DNA of 64,000 nt from a virus (IMGVR_UViG_3300044542_000107:1-64000); one strand, 5' to 3'. Counted from the first letter of the stretch, positions 46,261 to 55,447 are shown. Translations and numbers: made by a program. The notes: generated by a model from the letters alone, not told the origin.

Positions 46261-46499
46261 CCGCCCACGACCACGGCCGCACCCGCATCCACCCGTCACA
46301 GTCGGATCCTGGCGTGCTGGGCATCACCGAGGATCAGCGGCGCGACGCCACCAAGGCACTGCTGCGCATGGGCGCCCTCGACCTGCGCCAGATCCTCGGC
46401 CTCGACCAGCCCGTCGCCGAACTGGATACCCAGCCCGAGCGCATCAGGCCGCTGCACCACACCGGCGACCTGCATTCGGGCGCCAGGAGGATCGCATGA
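46257..46499 (+). CDS. Hypothetical protein
   Basis: AGGAG RBS, coupled. Confidence 0.55.
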   Translation: MTAHDHGRTRIHPSQSDPGVLGITEDQRRDATKALLRMGALDLRQILGLDQPVAELDTQPERIRPLHHTGDLHSGARRIA

Positions 46500-46870
46500 G
46501 CCGCAACCTGGCATCCGCCAAGGCCGCCGGACGCAGCTTCGAGACGCTGATCGCCACCTACTTGCACGATCACGTCGACGACCGCATCGAGCGGCGCCGC
46601 CAGGGAGGATCCCATGACCGCGGGGACATCTCGGGGCTGCGCCACATGGGCGGCCGGATCGTCATCGAATGCAAGAACACCGCCCGCATCGACCTGGCTG
46701 GGTGGGCCTCAGAGGCCGAGACGGAGCGCGGCAACGATGACGCCATCGCCGCAGTGATCGCCCACAAGCGGCGCGGTCACGGCCGCGCCGATCACCAGTG
46801 GGTGACCATGACGCTCGGCGATTTCGTCAGCCTCATCAATGGGAACCGAGATCACCTGGAGGACCTGTGA
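46496..46870 (+). CDS. Holliday junction resolvase (PD-(D/E)XK)
   Basis: GRSFE...DRGDI...IECKN. Confidence 0.8.
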   Translation: MSRNLASAKAAGRSFETLIATYLHDHVDDRIERRRQGGSHDRGDISGLRHMGGRIVIECKNTARIDLAGWASEAETERGNDDAIAAVIAHKRRGHGRADHQWVTMTLGDFVSLINGNRDHLEDL

Positions 46871-47145
46871 TCAGAGACGACTACGACCCCATGGCCGAGG
46901 CCCCCTACGACGACCCCGTCGAGCACCCGGTCCACTACGACCGGGGCGAATGCCCCCACTGCGGAAACCCCATCGAGACCCGATTCGTCATCGAGGACAT
47001 GCCCTATTTTCGTGGCGCCGCCGTGAAGTACGCCATCAGGGCGGGAAGGAAGAATCCGGACAAGGAACTCGAGGACATCCGGAAGGCGATTCAGTGCCTG
47101 CAATTTGAGGCCGAGCGGATTGAGAGGCTCACCGATGACGCATGA
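46867..47145 (+). CDS. DUF3310-like protein
   Basis: DPVEHPVHY...GAAVKYAIRAGRK...EDIRKA. Confidence 0.8.
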   Translation: MIRDDYDPMAEAPYDDPVEHPVHYDRGECPHCGNPIETRFVIEDMPYFRGAAVKYAIRAGRKNPDKELEDIRKAIQCLQFEAERIERLTDDA

Positions 47146-47302
47146 GCTGACCGTCACCGTCGCCTCCCGTCGCGGGGGCCGCACCTGGTGGGACGTGCGC
47201 TGCGAGTGCGGATGGCACGGACGCCAGACCACCATCTACCGAATGGCCGTCATGGAGCACGCCAAGCACGTCGCACACGAGGACGAAAGGACGAGGAAAT
47301 GA
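47135..47302 (+). CDS. Small Zn-finger protein
   Basis: H...CECGW...H..H. Confidence 0.6.
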   Translation: MTHELTVTVASRRGGRTWWDVRCECGWHGRQTTIYRMAVMEHAKHVAHEDERTRK

Positions 47303-47472
47303 CTCTCTGGCAGCCGTCATCCAAGCGCAGCGCCCGCCAGCTCTACGGCTCGGACGCATCGCATGCCGCCGACGAGGTGCGGTGGTGGAGGACACGGCGC
47401 GGCATCGGAGCCACCCGCAGATGGCGCCACATCGAGCGCCGCACGGAACGAATCCTGAGGAGAACCAAATGA
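47299..47472 (+). CDS. 57-aa Arg/Trp-rich basic protein
   Basis: Coupled at both ends; identical in phage A where visible. Confidence 0.6.
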   Translation: MTLWQPSSKRSARQLYGSDASHAADEVRWWRTRRGIGATRRWRHIERRTERILRRTK

Positions 47473-47762
47473 GTGACATCACCGACCTGTGCCAGATCAT
47501 CCACCGTGGCATCGGCCTCAACTTCGAGGACCTGGCCGACGAGATCATCGCCGCTGGATTCCACCGTGACCGCACCATCACCACCGCCGAGGAACTCGAC
47601 AAGTGCCCGCCCGGAACAGCCGTCATCGACAGTACCGGGCTGTATGCACTGGTCACGGTCGGACATCAGGTCACGTCATTCGGTGTCGTGGAGCTGTGGC
47701 CATACGAGGAGCTTCTCACATTCCCCGTCACCGTCCTGAACGAGGGGGTCCGTGATGAGTGA
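47469..47762 (+). CDS. Hypothetical protein (chimeric relative to 115-480)
   Basis: Shared N-terminus. Confidence 0.7.
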   Translation: MSDITDLCQIIHRGIGLNFEDLADEIIAAGFHRDRTITTAEELDKCPPGTAVIDSTGLYALVTVGHQVTSFGVVELWPYEELLTFPVTVLNEGVRDE

Positions 47763-48042
47763 GCCGCTGGCCGAGCGTATCAAATCCGTGATCGAGACAG
47801 AGCACAGGTGGAGGTCGGCTCCCCTGATGCTCGGCGTCGAATCGCGCACCTGCACCTGTGGCATCACATTCGCCACGACCGCCGAGCATCACATCCACGT
47901 GTACGAGCAGGCCGCCGCCGCCGCCCGCGCATTCATCGGGGATGAGATCCACGAGGAGCTGAGGCGATCCCCCGGCGGTGGAGCCCTATGGCAGACCGGA
48001 ATGTACGGCGCCGAATCAATCGCACGAGGAGACACAGAATGA
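47755..48042 (+). CDS. Hypothetical protein
   Basis: Partial homologue of 934-1182; CTCG...H..H. Confidence 0.7.
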   Translation: MSEPLAERIKSVIETEHRWRSAPLMLGVESRTCTCGITFATTAEHHIHVYEQAAAAARAFIGDEIHEELRRSPGGGALWQTGMYGAESIARGDTE

Positions 48043-48302
48043 ACCATCAGAAAGAAGCTGAGAGGCTGTATGACGAGGTGTATAGGCCCCGCGATCCGGA
48101 CGCGATGGAACTCCTGGCAGCCATCCAGGCAAAGGCCACCCTGGCCATCGCTGAGCAGCTGAGGCTGGCCAATGTGATCGCGCTGGCGACACGGGCACCG
48201 ATGAGCGGAGACGGTGACGGGATTCGGGCCATCTACGTGGACGAGTACGAATACGCCATCCGTCCGGAGGTCGCCGAGGCGCTGGGAATCGAGCAGCCAT
48301 GA
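48039..48302 (+). CDS. Hypothetical protein
   Basis: GAGGAG RBS; ATLAIAEQLRLANVIAL. Confidence 0.7.
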   Translation: MNHQKEAERLYDEVYRPRDPDAMELLAAIQAKATLAIAEQLRLANVIALATRAPMSGDGDGIRAIYVDEYEYAIRPEVAEALGIEQP

Positions 48303-48514
48303 CCGCCACCCAGGACGCGCTCCCCATCGACGTGCACCAGCTCGACCGGAGCGCCATTCGGGACGCCAATCGGGGAATGTGCACCCGCTCCGATGGATGC
48401 CGTGAGGAATGGGTCGACACCCTCTCATGGCTCCAGAACGACATCTGGCTCCGATACCCCGACGTCAAGGCCGAATGGTCGCGCCGCCGGGACGCCGAAC
48501 GCTACCGCCGCTGA
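48299..48514 (+). CDS. Hypothetical protein
   Basis: Coupled ATGA. Confidence 0.55.
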   Translation: MTATQDALPIDVHQLDRSAIRDANRGMCTRSDGCREEWVDTLSWLQNDIWLRYPDVKAEWSRRRDAERYRR

Positions 48515-48579
48515 CCTGCGCACCGTCCATCACCCCGGTGGTGGGCGGGACACCAGCCAGCGACCACGAAAGGAAACCA

Positions 48580-48861
48580 ATGATTATCAGATTCGGGAAT
48601 CTCACCCCCCGCGAATTCGCCCAGCGCGTCGGCGCTGAATTCACAACCGAGGAGCTTCGCCACCTCACCGCCCTCAGGTCCGGAAATGCGAAGCTCACCG
48701 GGCCGCAGGACTTCCACATCTTCGAAGACCCGCTGTGCATCACTGTGGGATCGGTCGACTCGCACGCAATGGAGATCTTCACCGCCGCGAATGCGCGCCA
48801 CGGATTCGAGAAGCGCGTCCCCGTGGCGCTTGATCAGGAATGGAAGGAGGCCACCAAGTGA
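48580..48861 (+). CDS. Hypothetical protein (absent from A)
   Basis: AAAGGA RBS after conserved linker. Confidence 0.65.
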   Translation: MIIRFGNLTPREFAQRVGAEFTTEELRHLTALRSGNAKLTGPQDFHIFEDPLCITVGSVDSHAMEIFTAANARHGFEKRVPVALDQEWKEATK

Positions 48862-49073
48862 TCATCGCCAGATTTACCACCCTGTGCCCAGCCTGCGCAC
48901 TCACCATCGCCGAGGGCTCCCCAATCGAGCAGGATCCCGAGACCCGTCGCTGGGTGCACCTCGGATGCCTCGACGAGCTGCACGACACCCCGCGCGAGAC
49001 CCGCACCGTCTGCCCCGACTGCCACACCGTCCGCACCGTCACCGGCGCATGCATGTGCGAGGAGGACGCATGA
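48858..49073 (+). CDS. Small Cys-rich protein, homologue of 1530-1751
   Basis: Direct similarity. Confidence 0.8.
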   Translation: MIIARFTTLCPACALTIAEGSPIEQDPETRRWVHLGCLDELHDTPRETRTVCPDCHTVRTVTGACMCEEDA

Positions 49074-49558
49074 GACTCTCACACTGGAGCCGCAGCTCCA
49101 CCCTCGCCCCGCATTCGGTCGACCAGTCACCGGAGGGACGCGGCGACAAGCCTCGCGGCCTGTGGGTGTCCGTCGACGGCGAGGACGACTGGCCGTCGTG
49201 GTGCCACCGTGAGGGATTCGCGGAGGACCGCCTGGTCCACCGATTCCGTGTCACCCTGGCCGACGACGCCGACATCCTCCACCTGGACTGCGACTGGGAC
49301 ATCCACCAGTTCACCCGCGACTACGGCGTCGCCCTGGCAGACATCACCGGCCGATTCGGGCTCCGGGACTCGCACTGGATCGACTGGCCGCGCATCGCCC
49401 AGAAATGGCAGGGCATCATCATCGCCCCCTACTGCTGGGGATCACGACTTGAGATCGGCTGGTACTACGGCTGGGACGTCTCCAGCGGGTGCATCTGGGA
49501 CGCCTCGGCCATCTCATCAGTCGCCGAGATCCCCACCACAAGAGAGGTGGCGGCATGA
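49070..49558 (+). CDS. Conserved hypothetical protein, homologue of 1954-2442
   Basis: Direct similarity. Confidence 0.8.
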   Translation: MRLSHWSRSSTLAPHSVDQSPEGRGDKPRGLWVSVDGEDDWPSWCHREGFAEDRLVHRFRVTLADDADILHLDCDWDIHQFTRDYGVALADITGRFGLRDSHWIDWPRIAQKWQGIIIAPYCWGSRLEIGWYYGWDVSSGCIWDASAISSVAEIPTTREVAA

Positions 49559-50877
49559 GCATCACGTTCACCGATCTGTTCGCCGGGGCCGGCGGGTCGT
49601 CTACCGGGGCCGAGCAGGCAGGGGCACGCGGCATCATCGCCGCCAACCACTGGGACCTGGCAGTCTCCACACACCAGGAGAACCACCCCGGAATGGCGCA
49701 CGACCTGGCCGACCTGTCACAGGTCGACCCCCGCCGCTACCCCCACACGGACATGCTGCTGGCGAGCCCTGAGTGCACGCACCACAGCAATGCGGCGGGA
49801 AAGGCCCGAGACGGGGACGCCCAGCAGGCCCAGTTGTTCGGGGAGAAGCCGTTGCCGGTGGAGGCATACGAGCGCTCGCGGGCAACAATGTGGGACGTCG
49901 TCAGATTCTCCGAGTATCACCGCTACCCGGTCGTCGTTGTCGAGAACGTTGTGGAAGCGACACGGTGGGCTCCATTCAGGGCGTGGATTCAGGCCATGGA
50001 GAGCCTCGGATATCAGCACGAGATCGTGTGCCACAATGCGATGCACGCCCAGGCATTGGGCGCCCCCGCGCCGCAGTCGAGAGATCGCTTGTTCGTGACG
50101 TTCTGGGATAGAAAGATGCCCCGGCCGGATTGGGATAGGGTGCAGCGCCCGAAGGCTTGGTGCCCTCGATGCGACCGGACGGTCGAGTCCGCGAAGGCAT
50201 GGAAGCGCATCGGAAACACGATCGGCAAATACCGCAGTCAGTACATCTACGTCTGCCAGCGGTGCGGCCGCCAGGTTGAGCCGGGGTGGCTTCCAGCAGC
50301 ATCGGCCATCGACTGGTCTGACCTCGGCACCCCGATTGGTGAGCGGAAACGCCCCCTGTCGGAGAAGACGCTGGCCCGCATCCGGGAGGGCTTGTCCCGT
50401 TGGCGTGAGGCCATGCTCATTCCGGTGGAGGGACGCCCCGGCAAGAAGGCACAGCCCGCCTCGAATGTGATGAGAACCCTGACATGCAGGAACGAAACCG
50501 GGCTGTTGATGCCCTACTACGGCTCTTCAGAAGGGTGCACCACGACTGACAAGCCGATGGGCACACTCACCACCAGGGACAGGTACGCGTTGGTGACTCT
50601 CCGGGGCCACAATGCCCCGAAACCTGTGACGTCGGTGATGGACACCATCTCGGCCGGCGGCAACCATAATGCGCTCGCCGACGTGTCGGTGAAGGACATC
50701 AACGAGTGCCGGTTCCGCATGATGACCCCAGAAGAAGACGCCCGAGGAATGGCCTTCCCGGAGTCGTACATCTGGCATGGGACGAAGAGGGAACGTGTCA
50801 AGTTGGCGGGCAATGCGGTCTGTCCGCCGATCGAGCGTGATCTTGTGTCGGTCGCCATGGATGCGCTGGCCGCCTGA
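49555..50877 (+). CDS. C5-cytosine DNA methyltransferase (intact)
   Basis: DLFAGAGG, SPEC, ENV, QSRDR, GNAV. Confidence 0.92.
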   Translation: MSITFTDLFAGAGGSSTGAEQAGARGIIAANHWDLAVSTHQENHPGMAHDLADLSQVDPRRYPHTDMLLASPECTHHSNAAGKARDGDAQQAQLFGEKPLPVEAYERSRATMWDVVRFSEYHRYPVVVVENVVEATRWAPFRAWIQAMESLGYQHEIVCHNAMHAQALGAPAPQSRDRLFVTFWDRKMPRPDWDRVQRPKAWCPRCDRTVESAKAWKRIGNTIGKYRSQYIYVCQRCGRQVEPGWLPAASAIDWSDLGTPIGERKRPLSEKTLARIREGLSRWREAMLIPVEGRPGKKAQPASNVMRTLTCRNETGLLMPYYGSSEGCTTTDKPMGTLTTRDRYALVTLRGHNAPKPVTSVMDTISAGGNHNALADVSVKDINECRFRMMTPEEDARGMAFPESYIWHGTKRERVKLAGNAVCPPIERDLVSVAMDALAA

Positions 50878-50955
50878 ACGCTGCCGGTGGGAGCGCCGCC
50901 CATCACGGTCTGTGGTGGGCGGTCCCCTCATATGCAACGGGACTGAGGAGCAGAT

Positions 50956-51846
50956 ATGAGAATCAGGAGTATCAAGCCGGAGTTCTGGGGTTCTCCGGAT
51001 GTGGCAGACATGTCGTTGGCGACCAGGCTTGTGTTCATCGGACTGTGGTCGCTGGCCGACGATGAGGGACGGTTCTTGGCTGACCCGAGGTGGATCAGGT
51101 CGGAGCTGTTCCCCCTGGACGAGCACCACGGGGACGATTCAGTGATCATTCACGGAGGACTCACTGAGGCCTCAGTGAGTCTTCATGATGCCCTCACGCA
51201 GCTCTCAAACGGGGGTCAGATCGTCCTTTTCAGGGGTGAGAACGGCCGAATCTACGGCGAAGTCGTCCACTGGAGCCATCAGAAGATCAACCGGCCTTCC
51301 AAGTCGAAGATTCCCGCTCCCACTAGGGAAAACACCATCCTCACTGAGGGCTCAGTGAACACTCACGGAGGGCTCACTGAGGACTCATCCCCGGATCAGG
51401 GATCAGGGATCAGGGATCAGGGATCAGGGAATAACACTCCCCCTCTCCTTTCGGAAGACCGGTCGGCGCTCGTCCCGGTTGGGGCCGTCGCTGACGCTCC
51501 TGAGACATCGAAGAGAGCAAAGGCACCAACGGAGCCGGACGGGTTCGATGAGTTCTACGAGGCCTATCCGAGGCGCACAGGTCGCCGGAAGGCTGCCCAG
51601 GAGTTCGCGAAGGCGACCAAGGAGGCCACGCCGGCTGAACTTGTCACTGCTGCGATCGCGTTCAGGCAGGCATGCCAGCACAACCGGACGGAGCAGAAGT
51701 TCATCCCGCATCCGGCGACGTGGCTTCATCAGGGCCGGTGGGCGGAGGCCCCGGAGGTTCTGGAGGACCGCCCTGCCAGCGGGCCGGACTGGGACGCGAT
51801 GATGGCGGACGCTGCCGCCGAGGATGCTGCGAGGGGGCTGGCGTGA
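50956..51846 (+). CDS. Phage replication initiator / replisome organiser
   Basis: MRIRSIKPEFW...ADDEGR...HQKINRPS; C-terminal HPATWLHQGRW. Confidence 0.8.
   Translation: MRIRSIKPEFWGSPDVADMSLATRLVFIGLWSLADDEGRFLADPRWIRSELFPLDEHHGDDSVIIHGGLTEASVSLHDALTQLSNGGQIVLFRGENGRIYGEVVHWSHQKINRPSKSKIPAPTRENTILTEGSVNTHGGLTEDSSPDQGSGIRDQGSGNNTPPLLSEDRSALVPVGAVADAPETSKRAKAPTEPDGFDEFYEAYPRRTGRRKAAQEFAKATKEATPAELVTAAIAFRQACQHNRTEQKFIPHPATWLHQGRWAEAPEVLEDRPASGPDWDAMMADAAAEDAARGLA
51138..51430. repeat. Iterons (CTCACTGAG/CTCAGTGA) and 5 x GGATCAG tandem repeat; probable origin of B
   Basis: Palindromic iterons 51151-51179 and 51340-51387; heptamers 51393-51427. Confidence 0.75.
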
Positions 51847-52247
51847 ACGCGAAGGAGACCACGGCGCTGCTGCGGATGGTGACGGCCTACTGCCCGGCGA
51901 TGTCCGGCCAGCTGCGGGGCGAGGACTCGGACATGCGGAAGGCGTGGACGCAGGCGCTCGGACCGATCGGCTTCACGGACGCTCAGCAGGCGGTGAACGC
52001 TCTGGCGGCCCGTCCGTTGGAGCCGGGCGAGACGCTCTGGATTCAGCCGGGGCATGTGATCGCCGAGGTGCGTCGGATCAGGCACAAGCGGATCGAGCAG
52101 ACGGAGGGCAAGCTCACCGGCGCCCCACGGGAGCCGGGCGAGTACCTGGAATGGCTGCGCCAGTCACGGCACCAGCTCGGGGACGGGGTTTACGAGCCGC
52201 CGGAGATCCGATCGACTGGGCACACGATCCGCGAATTGGGGAACTGA
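51843..52247 (+). CDS. Putative helicase loader/inhibitor-like protein
   Basis: Coupled to rep; AW...L...DA..AV...IQPGHV. Confidence 0.55.
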   Translation: MNAKETTALLRMVTAYCPAMSGQLRGEDSDMRKAWTQALGPIGFTDAQQAVNALAARPLEPGETLWIQPGHVIAEVRRIRHKRIEQTEGKLTGAPREPGEYLEWLRQSRHQLGDGVYEPPEIRSTGHTIRELGN

Positions 52248-52306
52248 CCCACTCAACCGGGCTTTCGTAGGATGGTGAGCATCGGCTGACGGAACGGACG
52301 GGAACC

Positions 52307-52516
52307 ATGGCTGACAGCAACATTCAGAACTACCTGGACAGTGTGACGAAGATGTCCACGGCGCCGGACCTTGAAGCACGCGCCTCCAACATGGATGCAG
52401 CCCGTGAGATGTTCGACATGTTCAGCCAGTACCAAGCGGCCGGGTTCAGCGAGCAGCAGGCCTTCGAACTGGTGCGCACGATTCTGAATGCCGCAATCGA
52501 CGGCCAGGGGAAGTGA
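52307..52516 (+). CDS. Hypothetical protein
   Basis: AGFSEQQAFEL. Confidence 0.65.
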   Translation: MADSNIQNYLDSVTKMSTAPDLEARASNMDAAREMFDMFSQYQAAGFSEQQAFELVRTILNAAIDGQGK

Positions 52517-52523
52517 GGGGACG

Positions 52524-53090
52524 ATGGCATGCAGCAACCCGGACAAGGGTGAGGTCTTCATGAGCGACGATCGCGGCGGATACACCCACATCGGATACGT
52601 CAAAGACTTCAAGGTGGGCAAGCCCCATAGGGAGTTCCAGCACGAGAAGCGGGGCCACGGATACATGGATGCCAAGGGAACCGAGTACCCGCCCGTGTTC
52701 AAGGACTTCACGTGGCATGAGGAGTACGGCGGCAAGGTCGGCCGCCTGTACTACTCATTCGACGGCGGGGAGATGTGGCGCGAGTTCGGAGCCGGCAACA
52801 TTTCGACCGTCGAGGAAGAAGCTGAAGTTGACGACGAGATCCGCCCTTGGGATTTCGAATCGTTCTACGAGCCTTCGACGACCAGAACCGTGACTGTTCG
52901 CGGCAAGAACGGCCAGTGGTTCACGATGGAGGACCCTCAGATCACCTACTACCTGGGTGACGGATGCTCCATCAACGTTGACAAGCCCACAGAGAAGGGC
53001 ACCAAGATCGTCGGGGAGATCGACAAGCATTCTGGCCTCGGATGGCCCGACGGTACCCGGATCTGCTGGTGCTACGGGGTGAAGCCGTGA
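52524..53090 (+). CDS. Hypothetical protein
   Basis: GAGGGG RBS, phage-like codon use. Confidence 0.6.
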   Translation: MACSNPDKGEVFMSDDRGGYTHIGYVKDFKVGKPHREFQHEKRGHGYMDAKGTEYPPVFKDFTWHEEYGGKVGRLYYSFDGGEMWREFGAGNISTVEEEAEVDDEIRPWDFESFYEPSTTRTVTVRGKNGQWFTMEDPQITYYLGDGCSINVDKPTEKGTKIVGEIDKHSGLGWPDGTRICWCYGVKP

Positions 53091-53518
53091 GCCGCATGGT
53101 CATCAAATCGTGGGGTTGCGATGTCATCTGGGAGGGCGATGTCACTACACCAGCTCGCACGAGCGTTCCCCGTGTCGAGGTGGGTTACAACGCCTACGTC
53201 GGGGGAAACACTTACAGCACGGGCGGGCTCACCGGTGTGTGGGGGCGCACACGTGCAGAGTTCATCGCCGTTCTGAAGGGCAGGCTCAAGTTCATGTCGG
53301 CCCACAGGAAGAAGCAGGTGATGCAGGCCACCGAGATCGCAGACGGCCTGAGGGTAGGCGCGGAACGGTACGGGGACCTCGACAAGTTCGACTCCTTCCA
53401 CGCCGGCGCTCATTGGGGTGCGGCCATCATGTTGTGCCTCATCCAGGACGGCAACGGCAGCGTTCCGAACAACTTCAGGCTCCCGGACGTTGATGGGCCG
53501 GAGAACAACTGTGAGTGA
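53087..53518 (+). CDS. Hypothetical protein
   Basis: GTGA coupling. Confidence 0.55.
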   Translation: MSRMVIKSWGCDVIWEGDVTTPARTSVPRVEVGYNAYVGGNTYSTGGLTGVWGRTRAEFIAVLKGRLKFMSAHRKKQVMQATEIADGLRVGAERYGDLDKFDSFHAGAHWGAAIMLCLIQDGNGSVPNNFRLPDVDGPENNCE

Positions 53519-53687
53519 AGTCGAGATCGGCAAAGTCACGGTCACAAGGACTTTCAACGCTGACGGTGAGGATTGCATCGACGTGCATACAGAGCCGGAG
53601 GGGATGACCCAGGTGGAGATTGCTGGCCTGCTCATGTTCGCCATCATCAAGACCGTGGCGTCGGACGAGGACGAAGAGGACTCGTGA
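53511..53687 (+). CDS. Small hypothetical protein
   Basis: GGAG RBS, overlap. Confidence 0.5.
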   Translation: MSEVEIGKVTVTRTFNADGEDCIDVHTEPEGMTQVEIAGLLMFAIIKTVASDEDEEDS

Positions 53688-53932
53688 GACGACGTCGGGG
53701 CGGATTCATCCCCAGACAGTCGCTGATTCGCCGTGTGCTCGCGATCCTTCGCCGTGAGAAGGGCGCCGCCTGGGGCCGCATCGGACATTCCCAGTTCATC
53801 GTCCCGTCCAGACTCGGCTCAAGCTACGTGGATGTGTACGAGGACGGGCAGTACGTCGGAACTTTCGACCCCGAGGAGGATCAATGGCTGACTCTGAAGC
53901 AGCCGCCACGCTCGAATCGGTCTTCTCGCTGA
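53684..53932 (+). CDS. Small hypothetical protein
   Basis: GAGG RBS, GTGA coupling. Confidence 0.45.
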   Translation: MRRRRGGFIPRQSLIRRVLAILRREKGAAWGRIGHSQFIVPSRLGSSYVDVYEDGQYVGTFDPEEDQWLTLKQPPRSNRSSR

Positions 53933-54108
53933 TCTGCTGGGGTCTGGTGTTCTGGATCGTCATCGACGCCGATTCAGTCTCCACGGTGGTGCTCGGCATC
54001 ACCCTGTTCTGCGCCGGCATGTTCCACACGGCCGCCGGTGAACTCAAGTGCGAATACCAGGAGAAGGAGCGCCTCGCCATCCTCCGCAAGTACAAGAAGG
54101 ACCGCTGA
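53884..54108 (+). CDS. Small two-TM protein
   Basis: GAGGAGG RBS; hydrophobic segments. Confidence 0.55.
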   Translation: MADSEAAATLESVFSLICWGLVFWIVIDADSVSTVVLGITLFCAGMFHTAAGELKCEYQEKERLAILRKYKKDR

Positions 54109-54109
54109 C

Positions 54110-54889
54110 GTGCTTCCCGAACTGGAATGGCAGGACACGACCGCCGGCAAGATCCGGCAGATACCGGACATCATCCGCGAACTGGCGGCCCTCGACGGCA
54201 CCAGGAATCCGGATACCCAGCAGGGCGCCATGCAGCGCCACACCCAGGCCGGCTCGAAGCCACCGGTCAACGAGACCGTCGTGTTTCTCGTCGACGATCG
54301 GGAGGACTCGCCGTGGGGCGGCCTGTCCCGTTTGCAGAACGTGTCCAGGGCCGTGTGGGGCAGCATTCCGGACGGGGAGAAGTTCAACCATCCTCAGCCG
54401 CAGGAATCCTCGTGGGACGCCGAGTGCGCATGGCTCGCTACCCTGTGGGCGGACGCCAGATGGCTACTCCCCCAGCCTGTTCTGGAGGCCTGCATCTCCC
54501 AGATTGAAGGCCTGTACAGTGCGCTCGCCCACGCGATCGGCCTGTACGAACCGGTTCCGGCGTCCTGCCCGCAATGCGCCGGGGTGTTGACGGATCGGGG
54601 CTCCGTGATGGTCTGCCAGCGGTGCGGCAAGGAATACCCGTCGCCCACCACGCTGAGACGGCACTGGAAACACCATGAGCCGATGGTCACGAAGGATCTT
54701 GTCGGCGCCCTTCCCGGGCTTACCTCGGCCATGCTGTGGCAGTGGAAGAAGCGCGGCAAGGTCAAGCCGGCTGCCACGGTCGGAAAGGCGAACGCGTGGG
54801 TTCCGTGGGATGTCATCTCGGTTCTGTGGCCCGACATTGTGTCGGCCATCGACGAGGGTTCGGTCTCCGACTCTTCCGTGGTATCCTGA
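54110..54889 (+). CDS. Putative late-gene regulator (Zn-ribbon + HTH), homologue of 7263-8030
   Basis: HPQP..W..EC.WLA, CPQC..CQRC, LPGLTSA...QW. Confidence 0.75.
   Translation: MLPELEWQDTTAGKIRQIPDIIRELAALDGTRNPDTQQGAMQRHTQAGSKPPVNETVVFLVDDREDSPWGGLSRLQNVSRAVWGSIPDGEKFNHPQPQESSWDAECAWLATLWADARWLLPQPVLEACISQIEGLYSALAHAIGLYEPVPASCPQCAGVLTDRGSVMVCQRCGKEYPSPTTLRRHWKHHEPMVTKDLVGALPGLTSAMLWQWKKRGKVKPAATVGKANAWVPWDVISVLWPDIVSAIDEGSVSDSSVVS
54879..54887 (+). promoter_or_regulatory. Putative late promoter, extended -10
   Basis: TG-G-TATCCT at the end of the regulator gene, as in A. Confidence 0.5.
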
Positions 54890-54939
54890 CATCCGTTGGA
54901 CGAAGTGTGTTCAATCATCGTGGGATTGGTGCACGGGAT

Positions 54940-54972
54940 GGCCGGCAGGACTTGAAATCCTGCCGGCCTTCT
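54940..54972 (+). terminator. Hairpin/terminator after the late promoter
   Basis: GGCCGGCAGGA...TCCTGCCGGCC-TTCT. Confidence 0.6.
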
Positions 54973-55118
54973 CCGTCCCGCCACGGAAACTCCTATATGG
55001 GCCTCGCCTCTCCAGGGACGCGCACCTGGCCCATCTTCAACTTCCCCCGGGCGGCAGTGGTTCGCGACCGCAACGTCACAGGCGGATGGTCTGGGCGGGC
55101 CGTGTCGGGGGGGCGCGC

Positions 55119-55191
55119 AGCGACGTGGAGCAGTTGGTAGCTCGCGGGATTCATGCTCCCGAGGTCGCCGGTTCGAATCCGGCCGTCGCCA
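55119..55191 (+). tRNA. tRNA with CAU anticodon, initiator (fMet)-like
   Basis: Full cloverleaf: AGCGACG/CGTCGCC, GAGC/GCTC, CGGGA-TTCATGC-TCCCG, GCCGG-TTCGAAT-CCGGC; CCA not encoded. Confidence 0.9.
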
Positions 55192-55223
55192 CGAAGAGGT
55201 TCGGTGAGCCGATCCTCTGCACG

Positions 55224-55331
55224 GTAGGGCACCTGTAGGAACCCGGGCCCCTACCTGCAAACCCCTACCCCTTCACTGCTCCGGGAGTAGGGGCCTCAAC
55301 GTAGGGGGCCGGCTGTAGGGGCCACCAGGGG
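55224..55331. repeat. GTAGGGG/CCCCTAC periodic repeats
   Basis: CCCCTAC at 55248, 55262; GTAGGGG at 55287, 55301, 55315 (14-bp period). Confidence 0.7.
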
Positions 55332-55447
55332 CTGGGCATAGAAGCCCCCTTATAGAGACCCCGCCACGAAGGGCCGCTATATGGGCCCGCATATAAGGCC
55401 CCTGTGCAGTAACCCCCACAACAACCCCCACAAGGAAGGCGCACGTC

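Noticed and set aside
1-47354. A single circular phage genome with terminal redundancy
   Set aside because: Identity with 47355 onward breaks after about 220 bp, and the second rep, terminase, portal and capsid genes are different.
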